A stretch of DNA of 64,000 nt from Spirochaetia bacterium (GTDB lineage Bacteria; Spirochaetota; Spirochaetia; SZUA-6; Bin103), in NCBI GenBank assembly GCA_965203055.1, contig OZ241863.1:3296001-3360000 (forward strand), in the 5' to 3' direction. The translations under genes were made by a program, and so were the position numbers. The notes under the pieces are model-generated. The model did not search any database. It was not told where the DNA came from and saw nothing but the letters and a program-made list of their open reading frames with translations. Positions 19,801-29,171 of this stretch are shown here, one piece after another; positions within the stretch are counted from its first letter, which is position 1; every line of letters begins with the position of its first letter.

Positions 19801-19895
19801 TTGGTGGGCTGGCGGTTCTCGTCCAGCTCCCAGTGCCGTCCCGGATACTCGTACGGCGAGTTCAGGACCGGCCGCCGAAAGAACTCATCCATCAT
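16872..19895 (-). CDS. res: Type III restriction enzyme Res subunit
   Basis: LATGAGKT, DEAHH, SATP, MLTEGWD, EQVVGRALRR, and C-terminal nuclease motif PDFIV...VEIKG. Start could be 19892, 19895 or 19913. Confidence 0.92.
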   Translation of the reverse strand: MMDEFFRRPVLNSPYEYPGRHWELDENRQPTNRIADRRRRVSFITPIPPVRKQRGRQREIVFDTAAAGLEADGQQYDLSALIDSVRRAVDEWRRLPRARWRVTPETARLLDHWRHHRFSGLRPFFCQVEAAETVIWLTEAAPAGARGRQFLDHLETVNEQANPILARLALKLATGAGKTTVMAMLIAWQTINAVRHPGSRRFTRGFLVVTPGLTIRDRLRVLQPNDPDSYYRSRELVPRDLLGDLHRAKIVITNYHAFMRRETQELSRGGRSLLQGRGPKLRTQETEGQMLQRVMPDLMGMKRVLAFNDEAHHCYRERPREESEEGDLKGEDRREAEKNQEAARVWISGLEAVQRKLGLSRVIDLSATPFFLRGSGYAEGTLFPWTMSDFSLMDAIECGIVKLPRVPVADNIPGADVPKFRNLWAHVGRRMPRKGRGKAGGLDPLNIPVELQTALEALYGHYAATFEQWREAGIEAPPCFIVVCNNTATSKLVYDYIAGFERRNEDGSTTLENGRLALFRNFDEYGNQLARPRTLLIDSEQLDSGEALGADFRAAAGDEIARFRREIVERTGDRRQAEALSDQDLLREVMNTVGMAGRLGGETRCVVSVAMLTEGWDARTVTHVLGVRAFGTQLLCEQVVGRALRRQSYELNEEGRFDVEYADVLGIPFDFTAEPVVARPQKARATVTVRAITPDRDGCELRFPHVRGYRVELPDEHVAAAFTEDSTLVLTPELVGPSITRNEGIIGEGVDLSLDHLKAMRPSTVTYHLTKTLLEQHWRDPGEEPKLHLFGQLKRITRQWLHDHLICKGGTFPAQLIYRELADRACLRITRGIVARHVGERPVTAVLDPYNPAGSTIHVNFTTSRQTRWQTDPRRCHVNWVVCDSDWEAEFCRFVESHPRVRAYVKNHGLGLEVPYRCGAEARTYLPDFIVLVDDGRGEDDPLHLVVEIKGYRREDAKEKKATMKTCWVPGVNGLRSCGRWDFAELTDVYTLQEDFDAAISEPPPAK

Positions 19896-19921
19896 CGGAA
19901 TGCTCACGCCCATCTACCGCT

Positions 19922-22486
19922 TCAGTGGGGGAGGTAGGCGGCGTGGAGCTGCTCGGCGGCTGCTCCGGCGGCGATCAAGCGGTCGATCCGGGCGTCGTCG
20001 TGGCCCAGCTCGCGCAGGATGGCGCGGGTGTCGCTGCCCACTTTCGGCATCGGGCGGGGGATCCGCAGGCGGCTGTTGGCGAAGCGGGCGTAGGTGGGAG
20101 CCGGCGTGTCGGCGGGGCTGCCGACCGGGTGGTCGAGCAGGCGGATCACCGAGATGGCGGAGCCGCCGCTCCACGCCGCGCGCTGCTCGTCGGTGAGCTC
20201 GCGCAGGCCGGCGCGGCGCACGTCTTCGATGCAGTCTACGCGGTGGCAGCCGAATCCCGCGGCGTTGAACGCGCGTTCCCAGTAAGCCACCGGCCGGGTG
20301 CCGATGGCGGCTTGCAGGGCGGCAATCCGCGCCGCCTCGTCGCCGGCGTCGACCGGTACCGCCGCCAGCTCCGCAATCTCCCGCAGCCGCGGCAGGTCCG
20401 CCGCCAGGCCGGTCAGCGCCAACCAGCCGTCGGCCGCGCGGTAGAGGTGTTCCAGGGAGTGCGCGCCCAGCGCTTCCTGCCCCTGCGGGCCGTCGTCGGG
20501 TTGGCGGTCCGCGGCGGCCCAGGCGAACGGCGCCTGCACCAGTTGCGCGCCCTGCGCCAGCGAGGTGAGCACCAGGTCGCCGCCGCCCTCCCGCTTGCGG
20601 CGCAGCAGGGCCAAGGCGATGCCGTAGGTGCCGGAGTAGCCGGTGAGGTAGTCGATGCAGGAGGCGAAGCCGTGCAGCTCCGGGCGCGCGCCCGGGCCGC
20701 CGTAGCGGCGCATGATCCCGGTCGCCGCCTGCAGCACCGGATCGAAGCCGGGCAGATCGGTCCACGGCCCCGGCTTCGGCCCGTTGAACGCGGTCAGGTT
20801 GAGGTAGACGATCTCCGGGTTGAAGCGCGCCACGCTGGCGTAGTCGATGCCCAACCGCTCGGCCACGCCGGGGCGGAAGTTGTGCACGATCACGTCGGCA
20901 GCGCCGGCCAACTGCTCGAACACCTGCTTGCCGGCCTCCTGCTTGAGATCCAGGATCATGCTGCGCTTGCCCTGGCTCACCTCGATATGCGCCCAACACA
21001 TGGTGAAGGGGCCGAAGTAGGGGTCGGGCGCGTCGATCTTGATTACCTCCGCGCCATACTCCGCCAAGGTGCGGGCGCAGCAGGGGCCGGCCAGCACGGT
21101 GGACAGATCGAGCACCTTGAGACCTGCCAGGATCTGCGCCCGCGCCTGCGGCCGCGCTGCAGGGCGCCCCGCGCCGTTCGCACTGCCATTGCCGCCCGCG
21201 CGGTCGGCGTCCCCGGCCGCTGCCGGCCACGCGCGCAGCAGGGCGGGGAGATCGGCCGGACGGGCCGGGCGCGGGGTGAGCCAGCGCTCCCCGGTGCGCC
21301 CCAGGGAGGTCTGCACGCCAAGCTGGCGCAGCGCTCCGTGCAGCGGATCATCGATCTCCACGGTGAGCGCCGCGGCCGCCGTCTCCGGCGCCTGCAGCCA
21401 CTCCCGGGTGGTGCGGTGGACGCTGAACGGCACCCCGAAGCGGCGCATGATCGGCGTCCAGGCGGCGGCCGGCCGCTGCCGGAAGGCGGCCGCCATCCGC
21501 TCGCGCAGCGTCACTTTCCATTCCGGCGACATACCGTCCACGTCCTGCAGGTTGTTGTCACGGGTAAGATCGGGGTAAGGCGCGGCGTCGACCATGCCGT
21601 CGGCCAGCAACCCGTCATAGATGCCGAGCGCCTTGACGAGCTGCGCCGCGTGGCGGCGGTTGCCGCCGGCGAGCAGGAACACCCAGCCGCCGTCGCCGGC
21701 CTGGTAGCTGTCGAACATCGGCGGCTGGGTGGGGCGCAGCCGGTCGATCAGCCGCCGTTGCTCGGCGGCGCCGGCCCGCCGCATCCGCTCGCGCAGGGCG
21801 TCGCGGGCGGGATTGGGGCGCTTGCCGTAGCGTGCCGGCGGGTCACCCACGCGCAGCAGGAAGGCGCCCATCGCCGACAGCGCGGCGCCGGCCAGCGGCA
21901 CTTCGATCACCTCGCCGCGGCCGCTGTCTTCGCGCGCGTAGAGCGCCAGGGTCACCGCCAGCGCGCCGTGGATCGCGCCGTAGGCGGACGCCAGCGGGAT
22001 CGGCGTGTAGAGCGGCGGCGCCTGCAATTCGCGGCGGATCGAGTGCAGGTCGGTGAACAGCCCGGTGGCCGCGCCGAGGACGCCTTCGAAGGCGCGCAGC
22101 GCGGCGCGCTCCTCGCCGGCGCCGAACCCCGGCAGGGAGAGGTACACCAGCCGCGGGTTGGCGGCCGCCATGGCGGCGGCGCCAAGTCCCAGGCGTTCCA
22201 TCACCCCGGGGCGGAAGTTCTCGATCACCACGTCCGCCGCCCGCACCAGTTGGAGCGCGGCGCCGCGCCCGGCGGCGCTCTTCAGATCCAACTCCAGGGT
22301 CTGTTTGCCGCGGTTGAATACGGCGCCGGCCGGCGTGGCGCAGTCCGGTTGGCCGGGGCGCGCCACCTTGATCACCTCGGCGCCCTGATCGGCCAGCAGC
22401 ATCCCGGCCAGCGGTCCGGCAAGGTAATGGCCGAAGTCGATAACCCGAACGCCCGCCAGCGGCGGCTCTGCAGTCGATCCCGTCAC
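19922..22486 (-). CDS. Two-domain class III (CaiB/BaiF) CoA transferase, DddD-like
   Basis: Two CaiB repeats (PLAGVRVIDFGHYLAGP...ENFRPG and LAGLKVLDLSTVLAGP...HNFRPG). Probable GTG start at 22486. Confidence 0.88.
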   Translation of the reverse strand: MTGSTAEPPLAGVRVIDFGHYLAGPLAGMLLADQGAEVIKVARPGQPDCATPAGAVFNRGKQTLELDLKSAAGRGAALQLVRAADVVIENFRPGVMERLGLGAAAMAAANPRLVYLSLPGFGAGEERAALRAFEGVLGAATGLFTDLHSIRRELQAPPLYTPIPLASAYGAIHGALAVTLALYAREDSGRGEVIEVPLAGAALSAMGAFLLRVGDPPARYGKRPNPARDALRERMRRAGAAEQRRLIDRLRPTQPPMFDSYQAGDGGWVFLLAGGNRRHAAQLVKALGIYDGLLADGMVDAAPYPDLTRDNNLQDVDGMSPEWKVTLRERMAAAFRQRPAAAWTPIMRRFGVPFSVHRTTREWLQAPETAAAALTVEIDDPLHGALRQLGVQTSLGRTGERWLTPRPARPADLPALLRAWPAAAGDADRAGGNGSANGAGRPAARPQARAQILAGLKVLDLSTVLAGPCCARTLAEYGAEVIKIDAPDPYFGPFTMCWAHIEVSQGKRSMILDLKQEAGKQVFEQLAGAADVIVHNFRPGVAERLGIDYASVARFNPEIVYLNLTAFNGPKPGPWTDLPGFDPVLQAATGIMRRYGGPGARPELHGFASCIDYLTGYSGTYGIALALLRRKREGGGDLVLTSLAQGAQLVQAPFAWAAADRQPDDGPQGQEALGAHSLEHLYRAADGWLALTGLAADLPRLREIAELAAVPVDAGDEAARIAALQAAIGTRPVAYWERAFNAAGFGCHRVDCIEDVRRAGLRELTDEQRAAWSGGSAISVIRLLDHPVGSPADTPAPTYARFANSRLRIPRPMPKVGSDTRAILRELGHDDARIDRLIAAGAAAEQLHAAYLPH

Positions 22487-22594
22487 GGTTCGGCAGCATA
22501 GCCAGCCGCCGGACCGGTGTCGAGGAGACGGCGCCCGCCGGGCCCGCCGGCGGTTTGCCATGAGCGCCGCGCTTCGGGTAGGGTCGGGCGCATC

Positions 22595-24280
22595 ATGGCA
22601 ACTATGACCGGCGCGCGTTTCGTCGCCGAAATGACCCGCGGGTATGGCATTACCCACGTGTTCTTCATGCCGTTCTTCGGCCCGCGCACCCTGATGGAAA
22701 TGGAGAAGCTGGGCATCCGCCGCATCCAGACCCACGGCGAGAAGGCGGCCGCGTACATGGCCGACGCCTACGCCCGGGTCCGGCGCGGCCCCGGCCTGTG
22801 CATGGCGCAGTCGGTGGGGGCGGTGAATCTGGCCGCCGGGCTGCAGGATGCCTGGTTGGCGTGCTCGCCGGTGATCGCGCTGACCGGTCGCGAGCTGCTC
22901 GACAGCCAGCAGCGCCACGCCTACCAGGAAGTGGATCACGTCAAGCCGTTCACCACGGTCGCCAAGTACAGTGCCTACGTCGGCGCCGCGGAAGATCTGC
23001 CGGTGTACCTGCGGCAGGCGTTTCGCGCCGCGACCAGCGGCACCCCGGGACCGGCGCACCTCGATCTGGAGGGGCTGGCCGGCCAGGTGGTGTTCGACCG
23101 CGAGGCGGACCTGGAGGTGATCGTCGAGCAGCCCTTTACCGGAGTGCCGGCGTTTCGGCCCGAGGCGGACGCCGGCCAGGTGGCGCAGGCGCTGACCCGG
23201 CTCGCGCAGGCGCAGCGGCCGGTGATCGTGGCCGGCGGCGGGGTGACCGCCTCCGGGGCGCGGGCGGAGCTGATTGCGTTCGCGGAACGGCTCTCCATTC
23301 CGGTGGCCACGGCGCTCAACGCCAAGGCGATGTTTCCGGCTGACCACCCGCTGGCGGTGGGGGTTCCGGGGTCCTACTCGCGCGAATGCTCCAACCGGAT
23401 CGTGTGCGAGGCCGATCTGGTGTTCTTCATCGGCAGCCACACCGGCGGTCAGGTCACCAACGGCTACACCATCCCGCCGCAGGGCAGCCGCATCATGCAG
23501 CTCGACGTCAACGCCGCGGAGCTGGGCCGCAACTACCCGCTGGAGGTCGGGCTGCAGGGCGACGCCAGGAATACGCTGCGGCGCCTGCTGGCGCACGCCG
23601 AGGCGCACCCCGAGCTGACGCCCGAGCGCGGCGCCTGGGTGGCGCGGGTGCAACAGGCGGTCGCCGCCTGGAAGGAGAGCGTGCGCGACGTGGTCGAGTC
23701 GGACCTCGCGCCGATGCGGCCCGAACGGCTCTGCGCGGAGCTGGCGCGCTACCTGCCCGAGAATGCGCTGCTGGTGTCCGACACCGGCCACTCGGGGGTG
23801 TGGACCGGCACCATGCTCGACCTGGGCCATCCCGGCCAGGGGTTCATCCGCTGCGCCGGCTCGCTCGGTTGGGGGCTGCCGGCGGCGCTGGGAGCCAAGT
23901 GCGCGGCGCCGGACCGCCCGGTGCTCTGCTTCACCGGCGACGGCGGCATCTGGTATCACTTGGCGGAGCTGGAAACCGCCGCCAAGTACGGCATCAACAC
24001 GGTTACCCTGGTCAACAACAACCACTCGCTGAACCAGGAGAAGGGCGGCAACGAGCAGGTCTACGGCGGCCAGACTCCCGGCTCCGACGATCTATGGATC
24101 TTCCCGGACGCCGACTTCGCCGCCATCGCCGAGTCGCTGGGCTGCTTCGGCATCACCGTCAACCGCGCCGCCGAGCTGCCCGCCGCGCTCGACCAGGCGT
24201 TCGCCGCCGGCCGCCCGGCGGTGGTGGACGTGAAGACCCACCTCGAAGGGATCGCGCCGCGCGCCTGGACCCCGCGGTAG
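22595..24280 (+). CDS. Thiamine pyrophosphate-binding enzyme (acetolactate synthase-like)
   Basis: HGEKAAAYMADAYAR and TPP-binding motif GDGG...NN. Confidence 0.9.
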   Translation: MATMTGARFVAEMTRGYGITHVFFMPFFGPRTLMEMEKLGIRRIQTHGEKAAAYMADAYARVRRGPGLCMAQSVGAVNLAAGLQDAWLACSPVIALTGRELLDSQQRHAYQEVDHVKPFTTVAKYSAYVGAAEDLPVYLRQAFRAATSGTPGPAHLDLEGLAGQVVFDREADLEVIVEQPFTGVPAFRPEADAGQVAQALTRLAQAQRPVIVAGGGVTASGARAELIAFAERLSIPVATALNAKAMFPADHPLAVGVPGSYSRECSNRIVCEADLVFFIGSHTGGQVTNGYTIPPQGSRIMQLDVNAAELGRNYPLEVGLQGDARNTLRRLLAHAEAHPELTPERGAWVARVQQAVAAWKESVRDVVESDLAPMRPERLCAELARYLPENALLVSDTGHSGVWTGTMLDLGHPGQGFIRCAGSLGWGLPAALGAKCAAPDRPVLCFTGDGGIWYHLAELETAAKYGINTVTLVNNNHSLNQEKGGNEQVYGGQTPGSDDLWIFPDADFAAIAESLGCFGITVNRAAELPAALDQAFAAGRPAVVDVKTHLEGIAPRAWTPR

Positions 24281-24369
24281 TAGCGCCGCGGCGCAGCCCG
24301 GCAGCCCGCGAGGGCGGACCCGGGGGGCGGCCGCCGCGGGTCGCGCCGCCCCGGCGCCGCGGAGCGGCG

Positions 24370-24993
24370 CTACTGCGGCGCTTTGGGCGGTGACGGAGGG
24401 GGCGGATCCGCTGGGCCGGCGGGCGGGTTCGCATCCGGCGGGGATGGCTGCGGCGGAGTGGATTCCGGTTCCTCAGCCGCCGGCACCGCCGGCGCGTCAT
24501 CCGTTTGCGGTCCGTGGTCCTCGAACGGGATGCCGCAGAAGGTCGCCAGCTTGACCGCGGAGTTTCGGGTCTCCTGCAGCGAGCTTCCCTTTACCATGTC
24601 CAGCCCGTAGCTCTTGCCGTCGCGGTCCACCACCGACAGAATCGCCGCCGCCCGGCTGATGGCGCGCACCATCCGCGGGCGCTCGTGGTGGGCCGGGCCG
24701 ACCTCGCGCAACACCACGCGCTGCAGCCGATCGAGGGGCAACCGCTTGCGGGTGTGCAGGAACAGCAGGCCGACGTTCTTCTCGAACAGGTTGCGTTCCT
24801 TGTCGAACACCCAGCGCTCCAGGTACAGCGCTCCGAACACGCTGAGCGCGAGGAAGATGACCACTATCACGTTGGGCTGCCGCATGCTCACGATCAGGAA
24901 CACCGCAATGGCAGCGAACACCACGCGAAACGCCACCGAGGTGGAGTACACCAGGCGCCGTTCCGACACCTCCCGGAGAATCGGATTGAACAA
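24370..24993 (-). CDS. Hypothetical membrane protein with two TM helices and a Pro-rich tail
   Basis: Two hydrophobic stretches near the N-terminus. Codon usage matches the host. Confidence 0.7.
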   Translation of the reverse strand: MFNPILREVSERRLVYSTSVAFRVVFAAIAVFLIVSMRQPNVIVVIFLALSVFGALYLERWVFDKERNLFEKNVGLLFLHTRKRLPLDRLQRVVLREVGPAHHERPRMVRAISRAAAILSVVDRDGKSYGLDMVKGSSLQETRNSAVKLATFCGIPFEDHGPQTDDAPAVPAAEEPESTPPQPSPPDANPPAGPADPPPPSPPKAPQ

Positions 24994-25020
24994 CCTCGCT
25001 CCCCTTATGCGCTTGCGGCG

Positions 25021-26121
25021 CTAGCCGGCGCGTTGGGCGGCGCCATTGCCCGCCCCGAGTTGCAGCCAGCCGCGCGGGTCCGGGGCCAATCGCCGCCAGT
25101 GGTCGGTGATGCGGGCGGCTTCCTCGCGGCTGATCTCCCCTGCCCGGAGCGCCAGATAGGAGTAGGGCACCCCGTGCGCGGTGCGATAGGTCAGCGCCCG
25201 ATCCCACATCGTGCTCCACAGGTAGGGATTGCGCAGTTCGCGCTCCGGGGCGCTGCGGCTGCGCGCCACGAAGCCGGGCAGGAACGGCCGCCCGCTGGTT
25301 TCGCCGACCGGCAGGTAGCGGAAGTTGAACGCCCACCGGAAGTCGCCGGCGCTGGTGTTCCGCGTGGCGCTGTGCAGCAGCTTGTTGTCCAGGAACAGCA
25401 CGTCGCCGGGACTCATGGGTATGGTTACCGCGCCCTCCGCGAAGCCCTCCGGGAACGGCTCGCCGCGCACTCCCATGGTGTGGCTGCCGGGTATCACCAT
25501 CAGGCAGCCGTTCTCGGCGGTGGCCTCGGTAAGTGGTATCCAGGCGTTTACGATGCGGCTGGCGTGCGAGTCGCTGAGGCCCGAGATGGCATCCATGTGC
25601 CAGTCGGTCTTGCCTACCTGGAAGTTGTAGAACCCCTCCAGCGCGGGATTGTCCTGCCCGCTGGCCTTGGCGGCCTCCTCTACTTCCCGCAGGTGGCGCT
25701 GCGCCAGCTTCACGTTGACGTGATAGATGGGCGAGGCGAAGATCTCGGGGCCGATGAGCTGCTCCAGTACGTCGAGCAGCCGCGGATGGCGGATGCTGGC
25801 GAACAGTTCCGGCGTCTGCGCCGCCGGCAGGTCGCGGCGCAACCGGAAGTGCTCAAGATAGATGTTGAGCACCGGGTCGAGGTGATGCATCGCCGCTCCG
25901 CCGCTGGCGCCGAGCAGGGTGGCGAAGCGGCGCGGAAAGGGCTGCGCGGCATAGCCGTCGAGCGCCGCCGGCAAGGTCTCGGTCAGGTAGACGTACGCCA
26001 AGGCGTCGATCAGCGCGGTATACGAATCCTTCAGATAGCGGACGTCGCGTTGCGGGTCGAGCAGGCCGCGGACCAACAGATAGCCGTCGGTTGCATACCG
26101 GGATGCGAGTGAATCGGACAT
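25021..26121 (-). CDS. Phytanoyl-CoA dioxygenase (PhyH) family protein
   Basis: WHMD (HxD), WIPL...ENGCLMVIPGSH, LLHSA, FNFRY. Start ATG 26121. Confidence 0.88.
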   Translation of the reverse strand: MSDSLASRYATDGYLLVRGLLDPQRDVRYLKDSYTALIDALAYVYLTETLPAALDGYAAQPFPRRFATLLGASGGAAMHHLDPVLNIYLEHFRLRRDLPAAQTPELFASIRHPRLLDVLEQLIGPEIFASPIYHVNVKLAQRHLREVEEAAKASGQDNPALEGFYNFQVGKTDWHMDAISGLSDSHASRIVNAWIPLTEATAENGCLMVIPGSHTMGVRGEPFPEGFAEGAVTIPMSPGDVLFLDNKLLHSATRNTSAGDFRWAFNFRYLPVGETSGRPFLPGFVARSRSAPERELRNPYLWSTMWDRALTYRTAHGVPYSYLALRAGEISREEAARITDHWRRLAPDPRGWLQLGAGNGAAQRAG

Positions 26122-26236
26122 GGCGCCCCCTTCCCCCATACGATGCTGCGCCGGCGCCCGCAGGTCAACCGCTCCGGCGCGCCCGCCCGCGGCGGGCAGG
26201 AAGTGATGGATGATATGGATGATGACGTGATGGGAC

Positions 26237-26812
26237 GTGATGGCTGAGCGACCGGCGGCGCGCCGGAGGATCGACGTTGCGGAGCGGCGGACGCGCCTGG
26301 GCCGCCGGCTGGCGGCGTACGGCCCCGGCACCATGACCGATCTCACCTGGTGGAGCGGTTGGACGGTGCGGCAGACGGAGGCCGCCCTGGCCGCCGCCGG
26401 CGCGGTTGCGGTGGAGCTGGATGAAGGTATCGGCTTCGTGGCCGCCGATGACCTGGACCCGGCGCCGGAGTGCGGCCCCTGGGCGGCGCTGCTGCCGGGG
26501 CTGGACCCGACGGTGATGGGCTGGAAGGAGCGGGCCTGGTATCTGGGCGGCCATCAGGCGCAGTTGTTCGACCGCAACGGCAATGCCGGCCCCACCGTGT
26601 GGGTGGATGGCCGCATCGTAGGCGGTTGGGGCCAGCGCCGCGACGGCGCCGTGGCGCTGGAGCTGTTGGAACCGGTGGCGCCGGAGGCGTGCGAGCGAAT
26701 CGCCGCCGAGACCGCCCGGGTGCAGGCGTGGCTCGGCGAAACGATCGTCACGCCCCGGTTCCGCACGCCCCTCGAACGGCGCCTGGCAGCGGGCCGCGCG
26801 GGCGCGGGCTGA
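26237..26812 (+). pseudogene. AlkZ-like/HTH_42 winged-helix DNA glycosylase family gene with a large in-frame internal deletion
   Basis: The N-terminus IDVAERRTRLGRR joins directly to the C-terminal part LAAYGPGT..DLTWWSGW...LLPGLDPTVMGWKER...GPTVWVDGRIVGGW. About half the usual length. Confidence 0.7.
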
Positions 26813-26979
26813 CCAGACCGGTGCGCGCGGCCGGAACGCGGTGCCGGCCGCCGCGCGAGGCCGCCGCGCCGGGCCGCCGCGCCGGGCCGCCGCGCCAAGC
26901 CGCCTCCCGCCGTGAGCGGCGGGCAGGGGGCAGGGCTGGCTGAGCGCTCCCTGCGTGCGCGTGCGTCCGGCGGCGCTTG

Positions 26980-27564
26980 CTACCCGCGGGTCATGAACTC
27001 GGCGTCGATCTCGATCTCCACCTCGTTGGCGACTACGAGTCCGCCATTGTCCAGGGACCTGCTCCAGGAAACGCCGAAGTCGTGGCGATCGATGGTCGCG
27101 CGTCCCGAAACGCCGATCACCATGTTGCCGCGGAATTCGACCGGTCCGGTGATGGTGACCGGCAGATCGATCTCCTTGGTCACGCCGCGGATCGTGAGGT
27201 CGCCCGTCACCACGTAGCCATCGTCCATCATCGACAGGCCGGTGCTCCGGAAGGTAATCGTGGGGTGGCTGGCGACGTCGAGGAAGTCGGGGCTGCGCAG
27301 ATGATTGTCGCGCCGGCCGTTGGCGGTGTCGATGCTGTCCGCCTGGATGGTCGCCATCAACGAGAACTTGGACATGTCTTCGGGGTCGAAGTGAAACGAA
27401 GCGTCGAAGTCGTTGAACGATCCGGTCGTCTTGGAGATCACCATGTGCGCGACCCGGAAGCCGACGTTGGTGTGGGCCTGGTCGACCTGATAGTCGACGG
27501 CCAACAGAGGCTGGGCGGCAATGAACGCGGCCAGCCCCGCGAAAACGAAAAACCTGCGGTACAT
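26980..27564 (-). CDS. YceI family protein (secreted lipid/polyisoprenoid-binding)
   Basis: Signal peptide; YQVDQAHTNVGF, SIDTANGRRDNHLRSPDF, GDLTIRGVTK. Confidence 0.92.
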   Translation of the reverse strand: MYRRFFVFAGLAAFIAAQPLLAVDYQVDQAHTNVGFRVAHMVISKTTGSFNDFDASFHFDPEDMSKFSLMATIQADSIDTANGRRDNHLRSPDFLDVASHPTITFRSTGLSMMDDGYVVTGDLTIRGVTKEIDLPVTITGPVEFRGNMVIGVSGRATIDRHDFGVSWSRSLDNGGLVVANEVEIEIDAEFMTRG

Positions 27565-27793
27565 AGGGGGTACTCCTTGGATGAGATTCGTACCGTAACC
27601 TGATGGCGCAGCCTGCCCATTGTCAAGGAGGAGTGCGCGTGCGGTTCGCGGCCACGCGCGGCCCGGCGCGGCCGCAGGCGCGCGGCTGCGGCGTGTGCGC
27701 CTGGCCGAGTTTCACGGGTCCGCACGCGGCGGCAACAGCCCGCTACGGCGCCCGCGGCCCGGCGCCGGCGCGGTGCTGACGGCGCCAAGCGCG

Positions 27794-28861
27794 CTACGGC
27801 GCCTGCGCCCGGGGGCTGAGGGCAGGCACGCCGAGGCGGCCGGCGAGATCGTCGAGCTGGGACACCGTTCCCTGGTCGAGCGGCACCCCGCCGCGGCTCC
27901 GGGCCTCGAGGGTGCGCAGCTCCGGTTCGCCGGGCAGGAGGATTTCATCGACCCCCGGCTTGCGGGCCGACGACTTGAGCAATGCGATGTACTCCTCGTG
28001 CAGCTCCTCCATCGCGGCGCGCCCGACCAGGGCGTCGGGGTCGGCCGCCCACAGGGTGAAGTTGTTGGAGAACTCGCCGCTGCCGCGGGCGCCGCCGGCG
28101 CGCCCGCCGGCCAGCATGGCGCCGACCAGATCGACGATCACCGACATGCCGTACCCCTTGTAGCCCATGTCGCCGCCCAGGGGCAGCATGGAGCCGCCGT
28201 CGTACAGGTCCTCGGGGCGGGTGGAGGGGCGGCCCTCGCGGTCGAGGATCTGGCCGGGGGGCAGTTCCTTGCCGGCGAAGCGCGCTACCCGCACCTTGCC
28301 CTCGGCCGTGACGCTGGTAGTGCAGTCGAGCACGATCGGGCCGCCGTAGGTGGGCACCGCGACGGCGATGGGATTGGTGGACAGCAGCGGCGTGGTGCCG
28401 CCCCAGGGGGCCACGATGCCGGCGCCGCGGCCGCTGCAGAACACCTGCCCCACCAGTCCCGCGGCCGCCATCCTCCGGGCGTAGAACCCGGCCCTGCCGA
28501 TGTGGTTGGCATTGCGCACGCCGACCACCGCGACGCCGCCGGCGCGCGCCTTGAAGGTCGCCAAGCCGGTGGCCTCCAGTCCGGCCACCTGGCCGAACAC
28601 TCCCGGCGCGTCGAGCAGCGCCGTGGTCGGGGTGTCGCGCACCTTGCGCGGCGTTGCCTTGGGGTCGATGCTCCCCTGCTCGATGGCGCCCACGTACTGC
28701 AGCAGGCGATGCACGCCGTGGGAATCGTGGCCCAGGAGGTTGGAGTCGGCCAAGTGGTCGGCTACCGCACTGCCGTGGCTCGGCGGCGCTCCCGCGGCTG
28801 CCAGCACCGCGAGGGCGAACTCATGCAGAGTGTCATAGGTAAATCGCACTTCTTCAGCCAT
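27794..28861 (-). CDS. Ldh_2 family (malate/L-lactate/sulfolactate-type) oxidoreductase
   Basis: GHDSHGV, NHIGRAG, STNPIA, GYKGYG, LPGEPE. Confidence 0.9.
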   Translation of the reverse strand: MAEEVRFTYDTLHEFALAVLAAAGAPPSHGSAVADHLADSNLLGHDSHGVHRLLQYVGAIEQGSIDPKATPRKVRDTPTTALLDAPGVFGQVAGLEATGLATFKARAGGVAVVGVRNANHIGRAGFYARRMAAAGLVGQVFCSGRGAGIVAPWGGTTPLLSTNPIAVAVPTYGGPIVLDCTTSVTAEGKVRVARFAGKELPPGQILDREGRPSTRPEDLYDGGSMLPLGGDMGYKGYGMSVIVDLVGAMLAGGRAGGARGSGEFSNNFTLWAADPDALVGRAAMEELHEEYIALLKSSARKPGVDEILLPGEPELRTLEARSRGGVPLDQGTVSQLDDLAGRLGVPALSPRAQAP

Positions 28862-29136
28862 ATCAGATGTTCCAGCCCGGATGATAGCACGAATGCCGCC
28901 TGTGGGGCGCGGGCCGGCCGCCGGGGGGCGCACTTCCAATTTGTTGGTACCGGTCCCGCCCTCGAAGCCGCCGGAAAGGCGTAACGAGATCGACGAGGCC
29001 GCCTGGGGCCGTAAGAAGAAACCCTGCCGCCCGACGCCGGCGACATTCTCGGCGGTAGCATCTGACGGAACGTCCAGCCGCTTGGAAATGCGCCGCCGAG
29101 TCACGCCAGCAAGTGGCATCTTCCGGGCCGAAGAAC

Positions 29137-29165
29137 TTGACTCAAGTAGTTTCCATGATTATACT
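29137..29165 (+). promoter_or_regulatory. Sigma70-type promoter of the HNH gene (probably leaderless)
   Basis: TTGACT - 17 bp - TATACT, with ATG 29172 only 6 nt after the -10 box. Confidence 0.7.
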
Positions 29166-29171
29166 TATGTC

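Noticed and set aside
22487..24025. N-terminal extension making the CoA transferase 1367 aa
   Set aside because: Overlaps the TPP enzyme on the opposite strand; homology begins near 22486.
26200..26245. TGATG-rich short repeats between phyH and the AlkZ-like gene
   Set aside because: Irregular spacing, so they cannot be told apart from low-complexity sequence.
26815..26975. GC-rich short repeats here and at about 24285-24365, 27650-27790, 54540-54660 and 55880-55960, as a REP family
   Set aside because: Low complexity; no shared consensus could be established by eye.
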